From the NCBI GenBank assembly GCA_017992725.1, contig JAGOOB010000002.1, positions 1-39,500 of the forward strand: a stretch of DNA of 39,500 nt. Reading direction: 5' to 3'. Source of the DNA: Candidatus Woesebacteria bacterium. GTDB lineage: Bacteria > Patescibacteriota > Microgenomatia > UBA1400 > PJMF01. The notes under the pieces are model-generated. The model saw only the letters and a program-made list of their open reading frames with translations. It did no database searches and was not told the origin of the DNA. The first letter of the stretch is position 1; each line of letters starts with the position of its first letter. The position numbers and the translations under genes are program-made. Of this stretch, positions 28,459 to 36,271 are shown one piece after another.

Positions 28459-29794
28459 TTGAGTCATGAGTTTTTGCTAACACCGTATTTTTTTTCTCAG
28501 AAAAAATCAAGAAAAAAGTCAGTTGAGCAAAATAAGCAAACAGATATTTAATGGGATGTTTTTTTAGATGATATAAAGTTGACTTTCGAGATCGAATTGC
28601 TAAATTATTTGTTTGGGCAAATTGAACAATTGTTGGCCAAATTGGGTAAAAAATATGTAAATGTTGTTCAGAATCAAGACCACTACAATTAATGCCGTTA
28701 TTTTTTAGATAATTAAATTGTTGACTCAGCTCTAGTTTAACCTCATCCATATTAATTTTTGAAAAAAACATTTTGATCAAAAACTTTGGCAAAGAAAAAA
28801 ACTGTCCGTTTTTATCGACTAGTGAAGGCACGTTGGTTATTGGACTAATGGGTTGACCACATAATAAATTGAAATGTAAATTTAAGTCTAAATTTCTCTT
28901 TTTACTCAATAAATTTAAATTGCTTAATGATTTTTGGCTAACTAAGTTAGCCAAAATCGATATTCTTACTACCGACGAAGCTTGGGCTTGGGCCAAAATT
29001 ACTTTATCTGCGTGATCATTTAAGCCATAATCATCGGCGTTGATTTTAAAAGAACTAATTATTCTTTCTCCAAAATTTTTATCACGAAAAACAAAACTCG
29101 AAACAATTCTTATCAAGTCAAGCCAACATAAATAATATCTTCTTATTGCAGAATATCTACTTGTTCTGATTTCACCAGTAATAGTTGCTATTTCCTTTAA
29201 TTTAAAGGTTTTAGTTCTCATCATTCTCAGTAACAGTTCAGTATCAAAAAACTCATATTTAGTAAAAGAAGAATAGATAATTTTTTTTAGCAATAAGGAG
29301 TTTTTGATGATTTTATTACCATGAGTATCGGTTCCTGGATAATGAAAAATATATCTGGTTATTAACTGAAATAATTTAGTTCTCATTCTGTGGCGAAATG
29401 GTCGCTGATCAGAACCTTTGATTAAAGATTTTGACGCCACAATTAACTGATATTTAGTAATTGCTTTTAAACCTTTTTTCAAAAAATTTAAATTAAAAAA
29501 ATCAATATCTAAAAGTATTAAGTACTTGCCCCTAGCAAGCAAGAGACCATTTTTAATAGCAAGACCATAAGAAGCTTTGGGCAAATGATAAAACTTAATT
29601 TTTTTATTTTTTTTTGCCAAATCTTCAATTATTTTCAGAGAACAATCGTTACTGCCGTTTTCAATTAAAATAATCTCGTAATTTTGAATTTTGCTTTTTT
29701 CTAAAAAATTATTAAAAATTCTGATTTGGTTTGCTAATATTGCTTCTTCGTTATGTATGGGAAATATAAAACTAAATTCATAATCAAAATGCAT
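28427..29794 (-). CDS. Fusion protein: GT2 (Dpm1/ArnC/GtrB-like polyprenyl-phosphate sugar synthase type) plus a YdjC/ChbG-family carbohydrate deacetylase
   Basis: N-terminal half: FSFIFPIHNEEAIL..., YEIILIENGSNDCS, YGLAIKNGLLLARGKYLILLDIDF (GT-A fold motifs). C-terminal half: FKINADDYGLN, LNLHFNLLCG, LDSEQHLHIFYPIW (the three YdjC motifs). One continuous 455-aa ORF. Confidence 0.8.
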   Translation of the reverse strand: MHFDYEFSFIFPIHNEEAILANQIRIFNNFLEKSKIQNYEIILIENGSNDCSLKIIEDLAKKNKKIKFYHLPKASYGLAIKNGLLLARGKYLILLDIDFFNLNFLKKGLKAITKYQLIVASKSLIKGSDQRPFRHRMRTKLFQLITRYIFHYPGTDTHGNKIIKNSLLLKKIIYSSFTKYEFFDTELLLRMMRTKTFKLKEIATITGEIRTSRYSAIRRYYLCWLDLIRIVSSFVFRDKNFGERIISSFKINADDYGLNDHADKVILAQAQASSVVRISILANLVSQKSLSNLNLLSKKRNLDLNLHFNLLCGQPISPITNVPSLVDKNGQFFSLPKFLIKMFFSKINMDEVKLELSQQFNYLKNNGINCSGLDSEQHLHIFYPIWPTIVQFAQTNNLAIRSRKSTLYHLKKHPIKYLFAYFAQLTFFLIFSEKKNTVLAKTHDSIIVHPGLNYD

Positions 29795-29849
29795 GGGGTT
29801 ATTAGAACATAAAAAAATCTTTTTTTCTAGTAAAATGAGGTCAAGTTAA

Positions 29850-30974
29850 ATGAATAAATTAAAAAATAAAAAAGTAGCTATCATTCATGATTCTTTTACC
29901 CAATTTGGCGGTGCTGAAAGGGTTTTGTTTTATCTGATCAAAATGTTCCCCAAAGCTGACATTTATACTTCTCTGATCAGTGATAAATATCAAACGGAAG
30001 TCAAAAAGCGAAGTAGGGGTAAACTATATTTTTCAAAACTAAGTAAAATTCCCTTTGTTGTCAATCATTCAAGCTTCTTTAAACCCTACTTTTTCCATTA
30101 TTATTGGGAAAGGTTAAATCTAGATAAATATGATTTGGTCATTTCTTCTTCACATTCTTTCTGTGCTCATTTTGTCAAGGTAAAAAATAAACATTTATGT
30201 TATATGTACACTACTCCTCGATTTCTTCATGATGAGTTTAATGAAGTCTCTTGGCTAAAAACACCAATTATTAATAAAATTTTTAAACCTTATTTTAATT
30301 TGCTAATAAAAAAAAATAAAAAGAAAATTCGTCAAATCGATACTCTAATTGCTGATTCAGTCAATGTACAAAAAAGAATAAAACAATACTATGGCGCTAC
30401 AGCAAAAGTCATTTATCCCCCAGTCAAAACTTTTAACAATAGAAAAAATAGTGAAAAATTAAATTTGAATACTAAAAATTATTTATTTTTTTCCAGATTA
30501 GTTAAACAAAAAGGCATTGAGTTAGTAATTAGTACGTTTAATGAAAATCAAAAACCATTGTTGGTTGTTGGTACTAGTGGTCAAGAAAAAAAATGGCGTC
30601 GATTAGCAAACAATAATATTCAATTTTTAGGCTTTGTTACAGATAAAGCCATCGAAAATGTCCTAAAGCACAGTAAAGCATTAATCTATGCTTCCATAGA
30701 TGAAGATTTTGGGATGATTCCCGTTGAGGTTATGAGTTATGGTTTACCAATTATTGCCTACAAAGACGGAGGAGTGAAAGAAACCGTAGTAGATAATAAA
30801 ACCGGTATTTTCTTCAATAAATATGACAAAAAATCTCTGAATCAAGCTATTGAAAAATTTGAAAAAACAAAATTTAACAAAACTCATTGCATCAAACAAG
30901 CAGAAAAATTTAATGAACAAATATTTGAGAAAAACTTGTTAAAAGAAGTTAAACAATTATTTGATGACCAATAA
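29850..30974 (+). CDS. Glycosyltransferase family 4 (GT-B, group 1)
   Basis: 374 aa. KVAIIHDSFTQFGGAERV is at the N-terminus. The EX7E region is ASIDEDFGMIPVEVMSYGLPIIAYKDGGVKETV. Confidence 0.85.
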   Translation: MNKLKNKKVAIIHDSFTQFGGAERVLFYLIKMFPKADIYTSLISDKYQTEVKKRSRGKLYFSKLSKIPFVVNHSSFFKPYFFHYYWERLNLDKYDLVISSSHSFCAHFVKVKNKHLCYMYTTPRFLHDEFNEVSWLKTPIINKIFKPYFNLLIKKNKKKIRQIDTLIADSVNVQKRIKQYYGATAKVIYPPVKTFNNRKNSEKLNLNTKNYLFFSRLVKQKGIELVISTFNENQKPLLVVGTSGQEKKWRRLANNNIQFLGFVTDKAIENVLKHSKALIYASIDEDFGMIPVEVMSYGLPIIAYKDGGVKETVVDNKTGIFFNKYDKKSLNQAIEKFEKTKFNKTHCIKQAEKFNEQIFEKNLLKEVKQLFDDQ

Positions 30975-31016
30975 AACCTCATTTAATTTTCACTCGTTAA
31001 TGGCATAATAGCGAAT

Positions 31017-31766
31017 ATGGTAGTTCGACTAGCAAATTGCCAATTTATGATTGGTCAATTCGAAAAAGTGGTAAATTTTCTCGCAAAAAGAATAAATAAA
31101 AAAGCTAATTCGCAAATGGTATTACCTTGTTCTTTATATGATTTAGCTGTAAAAAATGAGCAAAAGCATTTGGCATTTTACCAAAACATTGACTATTGCA
31201 CTAGCGATAGCATGCTCATTACCAATTATTTCCGTCACAAATATCAAAAAAAGATTGACAGAGTTTACGGTCCAGATTTAATGTTGGCAATATTTGATTA
31301 TCAGCAAAAAAACAAAACCAACTTAAAACACTACTTACTCTGTCCAAATAACATCACTAAAAAAAAGATTAGCGCATTATTTAATAAAAAATACCCAAAC
31401 CAAAAAATTTTTTACGACTATTTACCAAAAAAAATCAGCCAACAACAAGAATTACTGCATTATCAAAAAATTCTTGATCATAAACCAGATTTTATTTGGA
31501 TAGGAATTGGTTCTCCAAAACAACTAGCAATTGCCGATTGGCTAAAAAACCACTCACAGGGTGTCAAAATTTTTTGTGTTGGCGCAGCTTTTGATTTTAT
31601 TAGTGGTCAAAAAAAACAAGCACCGCTATGGATGCAAAAAAATAGTTTAGAATGGTTGTTCAGACTATTAAATGAACCAAAACGTTTGTGGAAAAGATAT
31701 TTAGTTATTATTCCCAAATATTTATTAGGACAAATATTAAGCAATAAAAAAAATAACAAAACATGA
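31017..31766 (+). CDS. WecB/TagA/CpsF family glycosyltransferase (GT26)
   Basis: 249 aa. FIWIGIGSPKQLAIADWL, VGAAFDFISGQKKQAP and LEWLFRLLNEPKRLWKRYL are the family hallmarks. Confidence 0.85.
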   Translation: MVVRLANCQFMIGQFEKVVNFLAKRINKKANSQMVLPCSLYDLAVKNEQKHLAFYQNIDYCTSDSMLITNYFRHKYQKKIDRVYGPDLMLAIFDYQQKNKTNLKHYLLCPNNITKKKISALFNKKYPNQKIFYDYLPKKISQQQELLHYQKILDHKPDFIWIGIGSPKQLAIADWLKNHSQGVKIFCVGAAFDFISGQKKQAPLWMQKNSLEWLFRLLNEPKRLWKRYLVIIPKYLLGQILSNKKNNKT

Positions 31767-32752
31767 AATTAAATAAAAATCAAACAACAGTTTTAATCAC
31801 TGGGGCTGGTGGCTTTATTGGCGGTCATCTGGTCAATTATCTATTTAGACTGGGCTATAAAAAAATTAGAGCAGTTGATATTAAACCTTTAAAAAATTGG
31901 CAACAGGTCAATAAAAACGCTGACAATTTGGTATGTGATCTCAGAAAATTAAGCAATTGTCATAAAGTCAGCCAAAATATTAATGAAATTTATAACTTAG
32001 CTTCAGATATGGGTGGGATGGGCTTTATTGAAAATAATAAAGCCCTCTGCATGCTAAATGTCCTAATTAATACCAATATGCTCATCGCGGCCAAAGAGGC
32101 CAAAGTCAACCGCTATTTTTTTTCTTCATCAGCTTGTGTTTACCCACTGGAAAAACAACAAAGTAGCAAAACCAATGGTTTAAAAGAACAAGACGCTTAT
32201 CCAGCCAATCCAGAAGATGGCTACGGTTGGGAAAAATTATTTTCTGAGCGGATGTGTCGTCATTTTATGGAAGATTTTGGACTAGAAACTAGAGTTGCTC
32301 GTTTTCACAATGTTTATGGACCTTATAGTGCTTTCCAAGGCGGTAGAGAAAAAGCCCCAGCAGCCTTGATTCGCAAAACCATAGAAGCCAAAAATTCAGG
32401 AAATAAAGAAATAGAAATTTGGGGTGATGGTCAACAATCAAGAACTTTTATGTACATAGATGATTGCGTGAAGGGCATCGATCTAATTATGCATAGTGCC
32501 ATTAGAGAACCAATTAATTTAGGGACCAGTCAATTGGTAACAATTAATCAATTGGTTTCATTGATCGAAAAAATTGCCAATGTTCGACTAAAAAGAAAAT
32601 ATAAACTCGACGCACCCAGAGGTGTTAGAGGTCGTAGTAGCGATAACACTCTAATCAAAAATTATTTAAATTGGGAACCCTGTATTCCTCTTGAGGAAGG
32701 TTTGAAAAAAAATTATCAGTGGATTGAGCAACAAATGATTAAAAAATGTTAA
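31763..32752 (+). CDS. GDP-mannose 3,5-epimerase (GME) orthologue, SDR superfamily
   Basis: 329 aa. The Rossmann motif is ITGAGGFIGGHL. NLASDMGGMGFIENN, FFSSSACVYP, YGWEKLFSE, ARFHNVYGPYSAFQGGREKAPAA, WGDGQQSRTFMYIDDCV and GVRGRSSDNTLIK align block-for-block with plant GME (NLAADMGGMGFIQSN, FYASSACIYP, YGLEKLATE, GRFHNIYGPFGTWKGGREKAPAA, GVRGRNSDNNLIK). Confidence 0.85.
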   Translation: MKLNKNQTTVLITGAGGFIGGHLVNYLFRLGYKKIRAVDIKPLKNWQQVNKNADNLVCDLRKLSNCHKVSQNINEIYNLASDMGGMGFIENNKALCMLNVLINTNMLIAAKEAKVNRYFFSSSACVYPLEKQQSSKTNGLKEQDAYPANPEDGYGWEKLFSERMCRHFMEDFGLETRVARFHNVYGPYSAFQGGREKAPAALIRKTIEAKNSGNKEIEIWGDGQQSRTFMYIDDCVKGIDLIMHSAIREPINLGTSQLVTINQLVSLIEKIANVRLKRKYKLDAPRGVRGRSSDNTLIKNYLNWEPCIPLEEGLKKNYQWIEQQMIKKC

Positions 32753-33984
32753 AAAAAAAGAAATTACTGTATCTTAGTCAATGCTTTCCTCTGCCTCTGG
32801 ATGGTGGTGGTCGCATCAAAACTTTTAATACTTTGCAAACTCTTTCAAGTCAATTTGATATTTTTGCCGTTTTTGTTTCTGAAAGAAAAGCTAGTCAAAA
32901 AGAACTAGAGAAATTCAGCAAACTGGGTATTAAAGTAAAAATATTTAAAACCAAATTGATGGCGGAAAGCATTAAAGAAGATTACTTAAAGCTGGCTTGG
33001 AATTATTTGCAGCTTCGACCACATTTTGTTTATCAATATCGATATAAACCTAGTTTTACTTGGATCAAAGACAAGATTAAAGAGTGGCAACCTGACATTA
33101 TTCATGTTGACCACATTAACTCGGCGCAATTTCTGCCCAAAAAAAAGTGGTTAAAGAAAAACTGTTTAACAATGCCCATTTTGATTCTAGAAAATCATAA
33201 TTTAGATCACGTGCTATTTTTTACTCGTTTTAGAGAAACAAAGAAATTAATTAGAAAAATTTATTTATTACTAGAGGGTAGTCTCAATTTGCTTTATGGA
33301 GAAATCAATTATCGAAGGTTTGATCACATTTTCTCAATATCTGCATCAGAAACCAGTTACCTTAGTCAAAAATGCAAAAGTGTTTCCACTCAGCCATTAG
33401 TTTATCCACTGAAAGCAGTTAAACCTAGTAAACATAAAATTTATGACATTTTGTTTATTGCTTATCTAGAATGGCCACCAAATGAAGTGGCAGTACGTTG
33501 GTTCAGCGAAAAAATTTTACCCTTAATCAATCGGGAGATGCCTGAAATTAAATTTCATGTAGTGGGCAATAAAAATCCTCGATTAGCCGATTTGAAACAT
33601 AATAAAAATATCATTTTTTATGGACATCAAAAAAACATTGATCAGTTTTTGGCTAAAAGCAAAGTTTTTATTTTACCTTTCAAAACCGGAGCTGGTGTAC
33701 GGCTCAAATCTTTAACTGCCCTACAAAATGGTATCCCCATTGTATCGACCAAATTGGGAGTTGATGGTTTGAAATTAATAAATAAAAAACATTATTTACT
33801 CGCCGAAACAGAAAAAGAATTTGCTGAAAAAGTGATTGAATTACTAAAAAATGAAAAATTACGAAAAAAAATTAGTTCTGCCCAAAAGCAATATTTTCTA
33901 GAAAATCATTCTGCAAAGAATAATAAACAATTTCTAGCAAGCTACTTAAAAATCTTAAATAATATGGATCAAAAAATTAATTAA
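32746..33984 (+). CDS. Glycosyltransferase family 4 (GT-B, group 1)
   Basis: 412 aa. LYLSQCFPLPLDGGGRIKTF is at the N-terminus. The C-terminal FKTGAGVRLKSLTALQNGIPIVSTKLGVDGL is a GT4 donor-binding region. It overlaps the GME stop by 7 nt. Confidence 0.8.
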   Translation: MLKKKKLLYLSQCFPLPLDGGGRIKTFNTLQTLSSQFDIFAVFVSERKASQKELEKFSKLGIKVKIFKTKLMAESIKEDYLKLAWNYLQLRPHFVYQYRYKPSFTWIKDKIKEWQPDIIHVDHINSAQFLPKKKWLKKNCLTMPILILENHNLDHVLFFTRFRETKKLIRKIYLLLEGSLNLLYGEINYRRFDHIFSISASETSYLSQKCKSVSTQPLVYPLKAVKPSKHKIYDILFIAYLEWPPNEVAVRWFSEKILPLINREMPEIKFHVVGNKNPRLADLKHNKNIIFYGHQKNIDQFLAKSKVFILPFKTGAGVRLKSLTALQNGIPIVSTKLGVDGLKLINKKHYLLAETEKEFAEKVIELLKNEKLRKKISSAQKQYFLENHSAKNNKQFLASYLKILNNMDQKIN

Positions 33985-33990
33985 TTATTA

Positions 33991-34851
33991 TTAATCCACA
34001 ATTTCAATAATCTGAGCATCTTCAATAGCATAATCTTTAAACTGTAGCCAAATTTTTGATCCCACCTTCAAAACAGTATTATTGATGTAAAAATCTCTGT
34101 CCAAAGTATTGAATGCTTTGACTTTTAAAACTATGTCTAAATCGCTATAATCTGGATTAAATGTTTTAATCATTTCGCCTCTAATATCTGAAAATGTGTA
34201 GAAATTAGTTACCGCTTTTTTCACTTCGATTATTTCTGCAACGACGTTACCAGACGAATCATAAGCTTTATCCCCCTCTTTTATCTGATCGGCTATCGGC
34301 TTGTACACTCCATTTTTAACTACTCTGATTGTTTTAAAAAAATAATCAATTTCATCAGCTCCGGTTTGAACAATAATGCCTCTTAACTGATGTTGGGGGA
34401 AATTAATAATTAATGAAGAACCAACTGAAAGGGGTTTAAATTCATATAAGTACTGATTTTTATTTTTATCAAAATCGACTCTCAATTTTAAATCGACAAA
34501 AATCATTCTGTATGGGCCCCCCTGATCATAATTATCAATATTTACAACTTCAGCCACTGTTTGACCAAACGAGTCTTTTGCTTGATCGCCGACTGCTAAA
34601 TCATTAGCATACCAATATCTTGGCGGTGCACCACTGCCATACCACCAATCAACATTCTCGACTGCAATTCTCACATTGGTCCAAACTACACGACGTTGTA
34701 ACCGGTTGTAAATAAAAAACAGCAGAACTAAAAATAACAAAAAAAATACCAAATAATCAAAAAAGTTTAATTTACTAATAAAAACCTTCATATTCTGTAT
34801 AATACGGCTTATGAGAGATTTCTTTTTAAACAAAGATTTTCGTTTTTTCAT
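33991..34851 (-). CDS. Membrane-anchored protein with two tandem copies of a ~90-aa beta-rich module (possibly DUF4330-like)
   Basis: ATG at 34851 (MKKRKSLF); an alternative ATG lies at 34791 (MKVFISKL). The TM is FFDYLVFFLLFLVLLFFIY. Internal repeat: VGDQAKDSFGQTVAEVVNID...LKLRVDF...VGSSLIINF matches EGDKAYDSSGNVVAEIIEVK...IVLKVKAF...VGSKIWLQF. Confidence 0.4.
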   Translation of the reverse strand: MKKRKSLFKKKSLISRIIQNMKVFISKLNFFDYLVFFLLFLVLLFFIYNRLQRRVVWTNVRIAVENVDWWYGSGAPPRYWYANDLAVGDQAKDSFGQTVAEVVNIDNYDQGGPYRMIFVDLKLRVDFDKNKNQYLYEFKPLSVGSSLIINFPQHQLRGIIVQTGADEIDYFFKTIRVVKNGVYKPIADQIKEGDKAYDSSGNVVAEIIEVKKAVTNFYTFSDIRGEMIKTFNPDYSDLDIVLKVKAFNTLDRDFYINNTVLKVGSKIWLQFKDYAIEDAQIIEIVD

Positions 34852-36271
34852 GATGAATTCAATTTTTTTGTTCAGTTTACTGTTGGTAAACTCCAACAAA
34901 ATTTTATTATTATTGGCTATGGCGTATTTAATCATACTGATTAAAAAAACGCAAAATTACCGTTTTAGCCTGTTTGTCATGTTTTTTAATCTTTTGCCTT
35001 TTGTTGTTGGTAGAAATATTATTGAAAACACTTTAATTAGCCATCGAGAAATTTATGGTTTTTCAATATTTGATGTTAAATATTTCTTTCCTATTTATTT
35101 GTCAGACTTATTTCTGCTTTTGATTTATCAAAATTATTTTTCAGAAAAATTTTTTGCAAAAAAAAGTAAAAATTTAACCAAAAGTAAGGAAATAGGAAAA
35201 GAATTTAAAATCCCTTTGATCAGTTTAACCTTATTTTTCTGTTTAGTACTGATCAGAAGTCTCAGTCACGAATTATCATCTCTGTTGTTTTTTGGTTCAT
35301 TAATCATCTTAAAATATATTCTGATTTTTGCTCTTGCTATTATTTTTGATCACAAAGAAAAAACAAAAATATTCCCTCAGTTACTGGCTAGCAATCTTTT
35401 TTTTCAATCAATCATTATTTTTGTTGAACAATTAAAAGGAGGAAATATTGGCAGATTTATTGAAAATAGCCTGCCTGGGTTAGAAATGGGAACTTTAGCC
35501 GCTGAATCAGCCAGCATGCTCAGAGCCGATGGTACTTTTAACGAGCCAAATGTTACTGCAATCTATTTATTAATCAATGTTGTTGTCTTGAGCAATATCG
35601 CTACCAAAATCAAAAATAAAAAAATCAGCTACTTTTATTATCTAATTATTCTTATCACTCTTCTCGCTATAATTTTTACCGGAAGCCGTAGTCTTTATGC
35701 TTTATCATTAATTTACTTAACCTTTTTCTTCTTCAACAATAAAAAATTATTAACAACAATATTTGCGAAACTGTGGACTAATAATTTGTTAAAAATAGGG
35801 ATTATTAGTGTAATGGTTTTGATATTACCTTACTTTTTTAGTCGCATGCACACCATAAAAAACGTCTTTACTGATACCGGTAGTTTAACTTATCGGTCCG
35901 AACTCAATAAAACCGTTTTATCAATGTCTTATAAAGAACTATTGGGGTATGGCCTAGACCTCACGCCTTATTATCTGGCCAAGAACTTTAAAACTGTCGA
36001 TAGTTTACCCGTTATTTTTGATCAAGCTCCAGCCCACAATATTTTTGTACAGATTTTTGCTGAAACCGGTATTTTTGCCTTCATATTTTTTATCATTTTT
36101 GTTTATTACTCCCTTAAAATTGGACTGCAAAATAAAAATAATTATTTCAGTTTAGCTGCTCTTTTTTACTTATTAGCCGCTCAATTTCATCCAGTATTTA
36201 CCAATCATTACCAACTGACTGGATTTTTCTTTCTTTATTTAGGCATGGGGATTCATGAAAAACAAAGTTAA
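34811..36271 (+). CDS. O-antigen ligase/polymerase-like (Wzy_C) polytopic membrane protein (start uncertain: 34811, 34850 or 34919)
   Basis: Up to 486 aa, with more than 10 TM helices. The Wzy_C signature is TGSRSLYALSLIYL...PAHNIFVQIFAETGIFAFIFF. The 5' end of the ORF overlaps the divergent gene's 5' end. Confidence 0.7.
   Translation: MRDFFLNKDFRFFMMNSIFLFSLLLVNSNKILLLLAMAYLIILIKKTQNYRFSLFVMFFNLLPFVVGRNIIENTLISHREIYGFSIFDVKYFFPIYLSDLFLLLIYQNYFSEKFFAKKSKNLTKSKEIGKEFKIPLISLTLFFCLVLIRSLSHELSSLLFFGSLIILKYILIFALAIIFDHKEKTKIFPQLLASNLFFQSIIIFVEQLKGGNIGRFIENSLPGLEMGTLAAESASMLRADGTFNEPNVTAIYLLINVVVLSNIATKIKNKKISYFYYLIILITLLAIIFTGSRSLYALSLIYLTFFFFNNKKLLTTIFAKLWTNNLLKIGIISVMVLILPYFFSRMHTIKNVFTDTGSLTYRSELNKTVLSMSYKELLGYGLDLTPYYLAKNFKTVDSLPVIFDQAPAHNIFVQIFAETGIFAFIFFIIFVYYSLKIGLQNKNNYFSLAALFYLLAAQFHPVFTNHYQLTGFFFLYLGMGIHEKQS

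Noticed and set aside
26180-31766. Alternative genetic code (UGA read as a sense codon, as in Gracilibacteria/Absconditabacteria).
   Set aside because: TGA terminates genes in ATGA stop/start overlaps (26180-26183 and 31763-31766). Conserved proteins (LepA, PGK, S1, GME) are full length under the standard code with no internal TGA.
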